IMG/VR virus record: IMGVR_UViG_2562617147_000003 | Location: 1 to 64,000 of that record | Origin: a virus | Taxonomy: Duplodnaviria; Caudoviricetes | DNA length: 64,000 nucleotides | Reading direction: 5' to 3' (one strand) | Shown here: piece by piece, positions 1-8,523 of the stretch | How the letters are laid out: the number at the start of each line of letters is the position of its first letter | How positions within the stretch are numbered: the first letter of the stretch is position 1 | The notes under the pieces: model-generated | Seen by the model: the letters and a program-made list of their open reading frames with translations, nothing else | Told to the model about the DNA's origin: nothing | Database searches by the model: none | Program-made: the position numbers and the translations under genes

Positions 1-429
1 TCACTGCTCGCACTCCTTTGTGGGCTCGGGATGATGTTTTTCCAGGAGCTGCATAAGCGTGTACGCGCCGTAGCCGCCGACCCTCTGAATTTCTAATTCC
101 TTGCGCGCGCCATGTACCATCAAGCCAAGGAGGTTGCCGACGCTTCGGCAAAATTCCGCATCTCCCATGGAGAAGCCCCCTTCATCCTCATCATGAACGG
201 TGGTTAACAAGCCGGCCAGCAGCCCAAAGGGATTGATGATTTTTCCGTCTATGCTTGTGGCCATGTCAGCGCGAGCTTCGTCTTCGGCTTTGGCAATGGC
301 TCTGTTTCGCTCTATTTCGGCGGGAGTGGGGTTGGTGGACTCGACAGCGTCGATGGCGATGGAGACTCGTGCGTCCTCGCTGTACGGGGTGCGCTCAGAA
401 GCTGTCTTTCCGGTGTCCATTATGCGCAC
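1..429 (-). CDS. hypothetical phage early protein
   Basis: 142-aa ORF in the leftward early operon; stop at 1-3; no recognised motif. Confidence 0.55.
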   Translation of the reverse strand: MRIMDTGKTASERTPYSEDARVSIAIDAVESTNPTPAEIERNRAIAKAEDEARADMATSIDGKIINPFGLLAGLLTTVHDEDEGGFSMGDAEFCRSVGNLLGLMVHGARKELEIQRVGGYGAYTLMQLLEKHHPEPTKECEQ

Positions 430-1151
430 ACCTCCGGCGTAGCGGTTTGAAGCAGGGGGAGCAGAGTTTTAGCCTGTGCGATAAGGTGCGTCAGAGCAGA
501 GGCGACCTGTCGCATGTCGTCGGTGGGCAGGGAGGCTTGCCGGTTTTTGTGAACAACCTTGCCGGTAGGTCCGATGGTCAGAGCAGAGAGAAAGGCCACA
601 GCTTCATCCATTCTGGACTCGGGAAGAAGCCGGTGCTGTGGGATGGAGAAGTTCCGATTGAAAGCCGTCCAGGCTGATTTCCATGCCAGGGCGGCCGGAA
701 CGTGGGTCAGTTTGGCGAGCAGCAGTTCGGCAAGCTGTTCTCGTCGCGCCCTGGGGAGAACCTTGACCTGAAGAAAGGGGGTGAGGAGCGGAGGTTTGCG
801 TGTGGCAACTCCTTTGGTCCAGTCATTCCACAGGGCGTCATCGCACTCGGCTTGATAGAGTTCGATTTTTTCCCGAAGTTCGGGGCGTACCTTCTTGGAG
901 TTGATCGAAGCCATGAACGCGGGAAGCTTGCGCACGGGCATGCAAAGAGTCTGCTGATCTCCGCCTTCGGAAGGTAGCACCATCATGGTGATACCCCATC
1001 GCTCGTTGTTATCGGTGAGCTTGCGTTGTTGCGTCTGCCATGCCAGCCCCATGTTTTCAACAATGGGCTTCATGGGCGCCAAGGGTTCACCACCATGGGG
1101 AATGACGAAAATGATATCGCCGTGGAAAGTGACGGGGGAAAGGCTAGACAT
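420..1151 (-). CDS. phage antirepressor, P22_AR N-terminal domain family
   Basis: MSSLSPVTFHGDIIFVIPHGGEPLAPMKPIVENMGLAWQTQQRKL...KKVRPELREKIELYQAECDDALW matches the P22 Ant N-terminal pattern; likely start is this internal ATG, not the track start at 1319. Confidence 0.8.
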   Translation of the reverse strand: MSSLSPVTFHGDIIFVIPHGGEPLAPMKPIVENMGLAWQTQQRKLTDNNERWGITMMVLPSEGGDQQTLCMPVRKLPAFMASINSKKVRPELREKIELYQAECDDALWNDWTKGVATRKPPLLTPFLQVKVLPRARREQLAELLLAKLTHVPAALAWKSAWTAFNRNFSIPQHRLLPESRMDEAVAFLSALTIGPTGKVVHKNRQASLPTDDMRQVASALTHLIAQAKTLLPLLQTATPEVCA

Positions 1152-1187
1152 GATGCACCTCACTGGTTTGGGATTGGGAACAAAAAA

Positions 1188-1255
1188 GGCAGAACAACGC
1201 TCCCCGGCCCAGTGAGACCGCCGGGGCCTCTCGGACACCCGGACGTTGTTCCGCC
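1188..1255 (-). ncRNA. C4-like structured RNA upstream of antirepressor
   Basis: Closing stem GGCGGAACAACG/CGTTGTTCTGCC, internal CC-GAGA-GG GNRA hairpin, followed by a U-run; position resembles P1 c4-ant. Confidence 0.45.
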
Positions 1256-1461
1256 AATATGTAACCAACGCCCGTTGAGGCGCTTTGGTGGCAGAAACTG
1301 AAAACGCCGCGATTTTCACCCGCTTGGGACGGGTAAAGGCTCCGGCAATGCCTCACTGGTTTAGGGAAGTCCAGCATGCCTTCCACCGTCGAGGCTGTCA
1401 GGGGGGCCGTCCGGGCGCTGAGGGTCGTGAGTTTTACGACCCTCCTCATGTGTTGTGCGCA

Positions 1462-1640
1462 AGAGTTGACCACGAGGGGATGCCTTGGATTCGTGCCGCC
1501 GAACTTGCCCGCGCCTTGGGGTATAAACGCGAAGACAAGATTGGCCGCCTTTACCAGCGCAACGCCGATGAATTCACGCCGGGCATGACGCAAGTCATTG
1601 AAATCCTCGCGGAACCCCATTTTGGAACACAGGGCAACAT
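1462..1640 (+). pseudogene. Bro-N domain fragment
   Basis: VDHEGMPWIRAAELARALGY..DKIGRLYQRNADEFT is a typical Bro-N motif; no proper N-terminus; opposite strand to neighbours. Confidence 0.6.
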
Positions 1641-1660
1641 GATGTCTCATAGTGCCCTCC

Positions 1661-2029
1661 CTACCAGCCGGCCGCGGCAAACAGCGTAACGGGAAAGTCG
1701 ATCCCGGCAGCTACGCCGTAATCATCTTCCTCCGCCTCGGGCATATAGCGGCGTATAACCTGGACCACAGTACAGGCGTCGCCGTCGTTGGTGTAATCGG
1801 TGACGCAGCTCTCAATCTCGTCCAGGCTGCGGGCCGGGCCGTTGAAGTCGCCGTCATCGGTCAGATTGTAATAGCCGGGGGCAAGCTCTTCGATCTGCTC
1901 GCGGCGAGTATCCAGCAAATGCCGGAGGCGGAGGTTTTCCGATTCAAGCTGTCGGATGCGCTCGTGAGCCTTCAGCAGGGAGGGGGGAATTGACGATTCC
2001 GCAGGGGTGTGGGAACTTGCCGTAGCCAT
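1661..2029 (-). CDS. hypothetical phage protein (coiled coil, acidic C-terminus)
   Basis: 122-aa ORF with GAGG RBS, first gene after the leftward leader. Confidence 0.6.
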   Translation of the reverse strand: MATASSHTPAESSIPPSLLKAHERIRQLESENLRLRHLLDTRREQIEELAPGYYNLTDDGDFNGPARSLDEIESCVTDYTNDGDACTVVQVIRRYMPEAEEDDYGVAAGIDFPVTLFAAAGW

Positions 2030-2281
2030 TATTCGCGCCTCGCTAGTGTGGTTGATGGTTTGCCCGGTTGGTGTTCCAGCACCGCCGGGCGCTTTTATTT
2101 TTCGCCCTTGCTAATCCCGCCTTATGGCTTCTCTCGCACCTTCCTACTGATCCGCGTCCCCCGTATAGGGCTCCGCGTCGTTCGGGGCTCTGGAATCCTG
2201 CCCGGCGGGTTGCCGCTGGGGTTGAGCTTGGCACTCTGCCTGCTGGCGCTGTGACGAGCCTGTTTCCCCGTTGGCAATGTC

Positions 2282-2310
2282 ATATTGCGTAATCGTAAAA
2301 ATAAAGTCAA
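2282..2310 (-). promoter_or_regulatory. leftward early promoter/operator
   Basis: TTGACT-17nt-CAATAT on the minus strand; spacer resembles the cro promoter spacer. Confidence 0.55.
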
Positions 2311-2457
2311 TATAAATTTGTTTTTTCGTAAAAAATGATATAAAAAATCACGCCGGGAATTTCGGCGTGATGGCGGCCCGGTCAGCGGGCGCAAATTAAG
2401 GAGGACGAAGATGAGCGCAGAAACGAAAGCACCTCGGGTGAGGGGCGGAAAGGAGGA

Positions 2458-2574
2458 ATGATGAAACTGGATCAGTTTATGAGAACGCTGAAAGAAACAG
2501 CGGCTTATGTGCGGCAGGGAGAGGGGGAAGAACGAAGGGACGGCATTGCTTGCCAGTTATGCCTGACTGCTGAT
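2458..2574 (+). CDS. 38-aa small hypothetical protein
   Basis: Strong AGGAGG RBS; MMKLDQFMRTLKETAAYVRQ...; below the ORF-track length cutoff. Confidence 0.35.
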
Positions 2575-2823
2575 GGTGAGGTCAGCAGCGAACAGACAGC
2601 CATCACCATCAGCTTTTTTGTGCGGGGCGCTATCTAAGGCCGATTTTTTTCGGCAATCGCATTTGAGTATCCTACGATTTTCTTTGCTTTCAATGTAGGC
2701 TGCCAAGAGTGCACAGACGCCTTCAACCTGAAATCGACAGGAAGGTTCTTTGCATTCCCAAAAGGCTCCCATTGGGACTTGATTCTGTTTGTTGACCAGT
2801 GGGCAGGTACGCATACTGTACAT
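2557..2823 (-). CDS. small Cys-rich hypothetical protein
   Basis: 88-aa ORF downstream of the darG terminator. Confidence 0.4.
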   Translation of the reverse strand: MYSMRTCPLVNKQNQVPMGAFWECKEPSCRFQVEGVCALLAAYIESKENRRILKCDCRKKSALDSAPHKKADGDGCLFAADLTISSQA

Positions 2824-2934
2824 AGAAAATTCTCCTGATTAAAAATTGTCGGATACCCTTTCATATCAGGAGGCCCGGCCTTGGGGCAAACTCGGGGCCG
2901 GGCACAAAAGCCCCTCGGGAGAGGGGCTTAATTT

Positions 2935-3975
2935 CTATTGTGAGACACGCTTTAAAGCCAGTTCAATTAATCGTGGTGGAAAGTATTTTAATTTTCGATC
3001 TCCCCATCCTTCTTGATTATCTTTCCATTTTGCTAGTGCATCTATAATCTTTTCCTGTTCGGGTTCAACATGGTCATGAACAATAAGCCAATGGACTGTG
3101 GCTAGCAACTCGAGCCCAAGTGGGTTTTCAAAGCCCATAAATATCTTGTCAATTTTTTCAAGCGCAGCTTCGTAGTTATCTGGCAGAACAGTATTTTTCG
3201 CAACCTTTGCTGCAGGTAGTAAGGAAAATGTTTCAAATGCCTTTCGTGTTCCATCGCCAAAACCGTCAATCCAGATGCCCTCCATGTCGCCAAGAATATG
3301 TCCCATGTTACGAGCCCACGGACCATATTTCCAAGCTTTAAAGTCTAGGCGCAGATCAGCTCCGCAAGCGCATTGGAGCAAATAGCCAAGCTTGTGAGCT
3401 TCAACAAAGGTAATTTCAACAGAAGGGACAAGATTCATATATTTTTCAAAGCAACGAAGGAAAAGCGCTTTTGCATTTGTCATCTTTGTCCTAGTGCTGA
3501 CGACAGGTGATGGATTTTTGCCCTTAAGAGGTGCAAAAACTATAATATCTGCTGCATCAAAGTCTGAAAATGTCATGTCTATTTCGCGCTTAACAATGTT
3601 CCAAGAGAGTCCACCAAGGCCGCAGCCCAACGGTGGAATGGCAACACTTGTTATTCCAAGGGACACTATTTCTTTTTTGAGAGCCTGTAAACCAGAAACA
3701 ATATCTTCAATTTTGCTTTTATTTCGCCATGAGACTTTGGTGGGAAAATTGATGAGATATTTAAGACCTTCAAGGCCATTGTAGGGTACTATAAACATTT
3801 TGCCTATTTTGACTTCGTTGCGCTTGCAAGCAGCGGCATAAGCTAGAAAATTTTCAGGAAAGCGCCTTTTAAATTGAAGCGCTAACCCTTTGCCCATTAT
3901 TCCTTCAGTATTGACCGTATTCACTAGAGCCATTGCGTCAGAAGCGAAGATGTCGCCATTTGTATATTTCAGCAT
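2935..3975 (-). CDS. darG: DarG antitoxin (macrodomain ADP-ribosylglycohydrolase)
   Basis: GDIFASDAMALVNTVNTEGIMGKGLALQFK macrodomain; SVAIPPLGCGLGGLSW; DarG C-terminal GLELLATVHW. Confidence 0.92.
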   Translation of the reverse strand: MLKYTNGDIFASDAMALVNTVNTEGIMGKGLALQFKRRFPENFLAYAAACKRNEVKIGKMFIVPYNGLEGLKYLINFPTKVSWRNKSKIEDIVSGLQALKKEIVSLGITSVAIPPLGCGLGGLSWNIVKREIDMTFSDFDAADIIVFAPLKGKNPSPVVSTRTKMTNAKALFLRCFEKYMNLVPSVEITFVEAHKLGYLLQCACGADLRLDFKAWKYGPWARNMGHILGDMEGIWIDGFGDGTRKAFETFSLLPAAKVAKNTVLPDNYEAALEKIDKIFMGFENPLGLELLATVHWLIVHDHVEPEQEKIIDALAKWKDNQEGWGDRKLKYFPPRLIELALKRVSQ

Positions 3976-3985
3976 GGCAATCTCC

Positions 3986-4597
3986 TCAAAAATACCAATC
4001 ATTTTTTACTATTACGTCTTTGCGTTGTGATTCACACATCATATCATAAACTTTAACTTTTGCTGCTTCATTATAAACGGCGACACCTAAAAAGTCATCC
4101 CATGCTACTCGTTCGTAAACTAGGAATTCTGCCATCCTGCGTTCCATTCTGTCAGGATATGCATCTGTATTATTCCAATATTGTGTAGAAAATATTTCCC
4201 AAGATAACTCTTTTTCAAGGTCTTCAACTGTTTCAAAAAAACTGGTATCGTTTTTTGCTGCATTCATATTGCTACAACACCATTTATATTTAGGTATTAA
4301 GTCATGCGCATTTGCAACAAGATATATTGTTTCATCATTTTTAATGATATCATTTTTAAATTGTGTATACATCATTGGGGATCGAGGAGCAAAATAAAAT
4401 GGGACATAATTCGCAACATATCCACCGAATGGGACAGACATTGTCTTTCGTCTGTTTTTTATTTCTACATTTCCTATATTTTTATATTTATCACAGTCAA
4501 TACTAGCGTCGGCCCATAATCCTTCATTGAGGATAGCGGGGAAATTATCCACATGGGTGAAATGGAATATAAATACTTTTTTTGCGTTATACGCCAT
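3986..4597 (-). CDS. darT: DarT DNA ADP-ribosyltransferase toxin (DUF4433)
   Basis: FHFTHVDNFPAIL, YVPFYFAPRSPMMY and ERRMAEFLV (catalytic Glu) motifs; directly upstream of the macrodomain gene. Confidence 0.92.
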   Translation of the reverse strand: MAYNAKKVFIFHFTHVDNFPAILNEGLWADASIDCDKYKNIGNVEIKNRRKTMSVPFGGYVANYVPFYFAPRSPMMYTQFKNDIIKNDETIYLVANAHDLIPKYKWCCSNMNAAKNDTSFFETVEDLEKELSWEIFSTQYWNNTDAYPDRMERRMAEFLVYERVAWDDFLGVAVYNEAAKVKVYDMMCESQRKDVIVKNDWYF

Positions 4598-4601
4598 GTT
4601 C

Positions 4602-5345
4602 TCACTTCTCCCGCACGTCCGCCCAGGCCCAGATCACGCGGCCCACAATGGCCTTGTCCCAGTCGTCACAGAAGTCTTGCTTCAGGCTGTAAATCATAGG
4701 CGGCCATTTTGATCCGTTATCACTGTAATAGGTGACCTGGAAGTCATCTTTTCGTTCTGTGACACTGACGCGCTTGATCATGCCTGACCCGTCGTCAGGA
4801 TCAAGCACCAACATCATATGGCCGGGTTTGGTCACGTCGCGATCATCGCGGTCAACAAGCACGATGTCGCCGGGGTTCAGCGTGGGCTGCATGGACGTGG
4901 ACGTCGGCCCGATTTCCACGGCGATCAAATTTCTGCGGTGCCGGATAGCGGGAAGGTTCTTGTAGGCCAGGAACCAGCTCTTGACCTCATCCTCCGGCAA
5001 ATAGCCCGGTCCGGCCCCCACCTCACCCACCATAGGGGCCGCAATATAGTCTTCGGCCACCGGTGGTGTGGCATATTGCCCAGCTGGAACCACCTTGGCG
5101 TTGACGAAGCAGACGTCGCGGGATGCTTCGGCGTCTGGTTTTGTAATGTTTATTTTTAACACATCCAAAAGAGGAGAAATCTCTGACATTCTAGGGGATT
5201 GTATTTTGTTGATCCACCTACTCAAATTTGCATTAGAGACGCCAGCAGCCTTCGCAAGCGCTGTTGCGCTCCCATACTGAGTTACGCCTTCTTTCAAGAC
5301 CCGCAAAATTTTTTCCGAAAAAGTATCTTCTTTCATACCAACCAT
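4602..5345 (-). CDS. CI-like repressor (XRE HTH + S24 peptidase)
   Basis: N-terminal HTH ALAKAAGVSNANLSRWIN; STSMQPTLNPGDIVLVDR and MIKRV S24 Ser/Lys motifs; divergent from cro. Confidence 0.9.
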   Translation of the reverse strand: MVGMKEDTFSEKILRVLKEGVTQYGSATALAKAAGVSNANLSRWINKIQSPRMSEISPLLDVLKINITKPDAEASRDVCFVNAKVVPAGQYATPPVAEDYIAAPMVGEVGAGPGYLPEDEVKSWFLAYKNLPAIRHRRNLIAVEIGPTSTSMQPTLNPGDIVLVDRDDRDVTKPGHMMLVLDPDDGSGMIKRVSVTERKDDFQVTYYSDNGSKWPPMIYSLKQDFCDDWDKAIVGRVIWAWADVREK

Positions 5346-5394
5346 TTTACTTGAAAGTAAAAAAGCTGTCTAGTTACGTTTTTATTTTTATTGC

Positions 5395-5422
5395 TTGATT
5401 TTATTTTTCGTTTTCGTAAAAT
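5395..5422 (+). promoter_or_regulatory. rightward lytic promoter/operator
   Basis: TTGATT-16nt-TAAAAT overlapping TTTTCGTAAAA, just upstream of ATG 5430. Confidence 0.55.
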
Positions 5423-5429
5423 GGGCCGC

Positions 5430-5672
5430 ATGGAAACACGTATCGCTATAGAACTCAGAGCTTTCTTGGCAAGGACCTCTTTTAGCCAATCTGAATTAGC
5501 TCGCGCGTCCGGCGTAAATCCAACCTACATCTCTCGGCTAAAAACTGGCGTGCAAAGAGACATTTTTTCAGCCTACGCCGACGCCCTCCGTGATGCCATG
5601 CACCACCTCATAACCAGCCCCGCTACTCAACCCGAACCGCCCGGCGGTGAAGAAGGCAGCCATACTTCGTAG
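5430..5672 (+). CDS. Cro-like HTH regulator
   Basis: SQSELARASGVNPTYISRLKTG HTH; divergent from CI. Confidence 0.8.
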   Translation: METRIAIELRAFLARTSFSQSELARASGVNPTYISRLKTGVQRDIFSAYADALRDAMHHLITSPATQPEPPGGEEGSHTS

Positions 5673-5808
5673 CCTATTCGAGCCCTGCGCATGGGCCGCT
5701 GCCGGACTGTATGCCCTTAGCCTCCTGATGGCGCTGTGGTGGCTGCGGGAACAATGGCGGGAACGACGGAAGCACAAAAAACATCAATAAATAATAGGAG
5801 GCGTAACA

Positions 5809-6405
5809 ATGAACACAGAGCGTGTTGAAAGTATCGTCACCGAGTATCACGGCAACAATAACGCTTCGCTCAAGGCTCTGCTTATTGATGCCTGCACCAT
5901 CAGTGCCGGAAGTCCTTCCATCACCGTGGCCTCGCGCCTGGCCCTGCAATGGGCCAAAGGGCAGCCGGAAGCCTTCAGCGAACGCACGGGCAAACCGGAC
6001 ACGCGCGGGGCCTATGGCCTGCTGGGTCAGGAGATGATCGGTTGGGTGACGCCGTTGCAACACATCGGCAGCCGCAACGTGTGGTTCGTGGGCCTGCTGG
6101 ACGAAAAGCGCGATGACTTCAACCGCCCCTACTACGAGCCGCAGATCGAAGGGAGCAAGACCGGCTTGGAACTGCCCGGCATTGTGGACGAGGTTGTCAC
6201 CATGACCGAGCTGAAGCCGGAAGGCGAAAACGTACAGCCGTACCGCGCTGTTGTCTGCTCACGGCCCAATCCCCGGGGCTATCCGGCCGGGGACCGCGGC
6301 GGCAAACTTGAGCAGGTGGAAGCGCCGCATCCGGGGCGGCTCATGGCCAAGATACGCGACGGGCGGCGGCCCGCCGCAGCGGACTATACCTATAACATCC
6401 AGTAA
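5809..6405 (+). CDS. AAA_24-family phage ATP-binding protein, N-terminally truncated or chimeric
   Basis: SITVASRLALQWAKGQPEAFSERTGKPD...ELPGIVDEV...AGDRGGKL family motifs; no Walker A in the ORF. Confidence 0.65.
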   Translation: MNTERVESIVTEYHGNNNASLKALLIDACTISAGSPSITVASRLALQWAKGQPEAFSERTGKPDTRGAYGLLGQEMIGWVTPLQHIGSRNVWFVGLLDEKRDDFNRPYYEPQIEGSKTGLELPGIVDEVVTMTELKPEGENVQPYRAVVCSRPNPRGYPAGDRGGKLEQVEAPHPGRLMAKIRDGRRPAAADYTYNIQ

Positions 6406-6419
6406 TGAGGAGAAGAGCC

Positions 6420-7175
6420 ATGCATGATTTTAATACCGCGGACCGCCAGCAGAACGGTTTCGACCTCATCCCGTCGGGCACGGTGTTGCCCCTGGTCATG
6501 ACCATCCGGCCCGGCGGCGCGGGCGAAGGCGGCTGGCTGTGCGACTCGCAGTCTTCCGACGCGCAGATGCTGGACTGCGAGTTCACTGTGGAGTCCGGCC
6601 CCTACGCTAAGCGCAAGGTCTGGCAGATGTTCACCCTGACCGGCGGCAAGCTGAACGAAAAGGGCGAGTCCATAGGGGGCAACATCAGCCGCGCCACGCT
6701 GCGGGCCATTCTGGAAAGCGCGCGGAATATCCAGCCCGACGACATGAGCGACGCGGCGCGCGCGGCCCGCTGCATCAACGGCTGGCAGGATTTCTGCGGG
6801 ATTACGTTCTGGGCCCGACTGGGCGTGGAAAAGGACAAGACCGGCCAGTATTCCGACAAGAACAAGATCGCCTGCGTGCTGACGCCGGACATGAAGGACT
6901 ACGGCAAAATGGGTGAAGCCCCGGCCGGAGGGCGGACGGGCGGATCGTCCAGCGCGGCAGCGGTTCCGGCCCCCGCCTGGGGCGCGGCCGCCCCGGCAGT
7001 ATCCTCCGCCCCGGCTCCGGCCCCGGCGCAACCGGCGGTGCAGCCTTCGGAAGCGGCAGCCGTTGCCCGCGCCAGCGGGCTTACGGATGGCGACAGCGGA
7101 GCTAACGCGGCCCCGGGCCAGATGCCGCCCCCGCAGCCCGCCCAGGGAGCGCCCGTGCCCGCTTGGGCGCGCTAG
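6420..7175 (+). CDS. phage single-stranded DNA-binding protein (DUF669-like)
   Basis: FDLIPSGT...LDCEFTVESGPYAKRKVWQ; Pro/Ala-rich tail ending VPAWAR; GAGGAG RBS. Confidence 0.7.
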   Translation: MHDFNTADRQQNGFDLIPSGTVLPLVMTIRPGGAGEGGWLCDSQSSDAQMLDCEFTVESGPYAKRKVWQMFTLTGGKLNEKGESIGGNISRATLRAILESARNIQPDDMSDAARAARCINGWQDFCGITFWARLGVEKDKTGQYSDKNKIACVLTPDMKDYGKMGEAPAGGRTGGSSSAAAVPAPAWGAAAPAVSSAPAPAPAQPAVQPSEAAAVARASGLTDGDSGANAAPGQMPPPQPAQGAPVPAWAR

Positions 7176-7456
7176 CCGTTGCGACGAAGGAAGCTACGGA
7201 TGGCGACAGCAGAGATGCGCTAGCCGTTGCGACGAAGGAAGCTACGGATGGCGACAGCAGAGATGCGCTAGCCGTTGCGACGAAGGAAGCTACGGATGGC
7301 GACAGCAGAGATGCGCTAGCCGTTGCGACGAGGGAAACTGCGGCTGGCGACAGCAGAGATGCGCTAGCCGTTGCGACGCAGGAAGCTGCGGCTGGCGACA
7401 GCAGAGATGCGCTAGCCGTTGCGACGCAGGAAGCTGCGGCTGGCGACAGCAGAGAT
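7169..7456 (+). repeat. 6 x 48-bp tandem repeat (SSB stop codon + REP-like motif)
   Basis: Unit GCGCTAGCCGTTGCGACGAAGGAAGCTACGGATGGCGACAGCAGAGAT; copies 4-6 carry substitutions. Confidence 0.95.
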
Positions 7457-7558
7457 CAGCTGGAATCTTCTCCTCCAACCCTGTAACCCCTGCCCGCCCA
7501 TGAAGCGGGCAGGGCCACCCCGACACGGGCTTGAGCCCGCAAACTTCAAGGAGTTGTT

Positions 7559-8110
7559 ATGAGCCAAAACGTTGAAAACCCGCAGACCCCGGCCAACGGC
7601 CTGTATGTGGGCGAAATCCGCCTGCTGCCCTTTCGGCATGACGAATTGCCCTTCGGCTGGCACTTCTGCAACGGCGAGCGCTTTCTGCTCACCTCGCCCC
7701 AGGGCGAAGTCCTGAGCGGCCTTTCCGAGAACTTCCGCGCCGACTGGGGCCTGGAGGAAGATCTGTGCAGCATCAGCCTGCCCAACCTGTTCCACGAGGA
7801 CGGGCGCGGCTGCTTCTTGCGGCCCGTGGACGGCCTGACGCGGCAGGTGGGCGCGGTGGAAGGGGATGCCATCCGGAATATCACGGGCGAGCTTTCCGAT
7901 GACTCGGCCTATGGTCCCCTGCTGGCCGTGAACGTCCCGGAAGATCCGAACAGTGCCATCTATGCGAAACAGAAAGGCAAGGGCGCTTCTCTCAACGGGT
8001 CCAACGGTTGCTGCAACCTCTACTTCGACGCCTCGCGCGTGGTGCCCACGGCCCCGGAAAACCGCCCCCTGAACCTGGGCATGACGCCTGCCATTTACCT
8101 GGGGGTGTAA
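7559..8110 (+). CDS. phage tail-collar domain protein
   Basis: VGEIRLLPF..GWHFCNGE...SLPNL..GDAIRNITG...VVPTAPENRPLN; AAGGAG RBS. Confidence 0.8.
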   Translation: MSQNVENPQTPANGLYVGEIRLLPFRHDELPFGWHFCNGERFLLTSPQGEVLSGLSENFRADWGLEEDLCSISLPNLFHEDGRGCFLRPVDGLTRQVGAVEGDAIRNITGELSDDSAYGPLLAVNVPEDPNSAIYAKQKGKGASLNGSNGCCNLYFDASRVVPTAPENRPLNLGMTPAIYLGV

Positions 8111-8112
8111 TC

Positions 8113-8427
8113 ATGAACCACTACTTCACTGAAGACGGCCTGTATTCGCATTCCCTGCCCGAAGGTAAAGGGCGCATCCCTCGCAATGCCCGCCGCGCAT
8201 CCCTGCCCGCCGATCCCTGGACCGGAGTCTGGCCCCGCTGGAACGGCAAGGTATGGGAAATGATTGAAGATCACCGCAAACGTGACGGCGCGCATGCGCA
8301 GGAGGGCACGCTGTACTGGCTGGCAGGCGATACGGCGGACACGCCGCCCCGGTATATGACCACGATCGGCCCTCTGCCCGAAGGCGCTCTGACCACCCGG
8401 CCTGAAGGCGAGCCCGAAAACGGCTAA
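8113..8427 (+). CDS. tail fibre assembly-like small protein
   Basis: WPRWNGKVWEMIEDHR...YW...MTTIGPLPEGALTTRP, Tfa-like pattern, directly after the collar gene. Confidence 0.55.
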   Translation: MNHYFTEDGLYSHSLPEGKGRIPRNARRASLPADPWTGVWPRWNGKVWEMIEDHRKRDGAHAQEGTLYWLAGDTADTPPRYMTTIGPLPEGALTTRPEGEPENG

Positions 8428-8523
8428 GGCCGTCGGCCCCTTCCTTCCCCCTGACCTGCCGGGCGCAAGCCCGGCAGCCAACGGGCGAGGGATGCAACCT
8501 CTTTTCTTGCAAAGGACTACGCC

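Noticed and set aside
7169-7456. CRISPR array
   Set aside because: Units are contiguous near-identical 48-mers with no unique spacers, and there are no cas genes. The Cas4-like ORF is an ordinary phage exonuclease.
7163-7486. Repeat-encoded 107-aa protein
   Set aside because: The open frame follows from the 48-bp period; no RBS or independent support.
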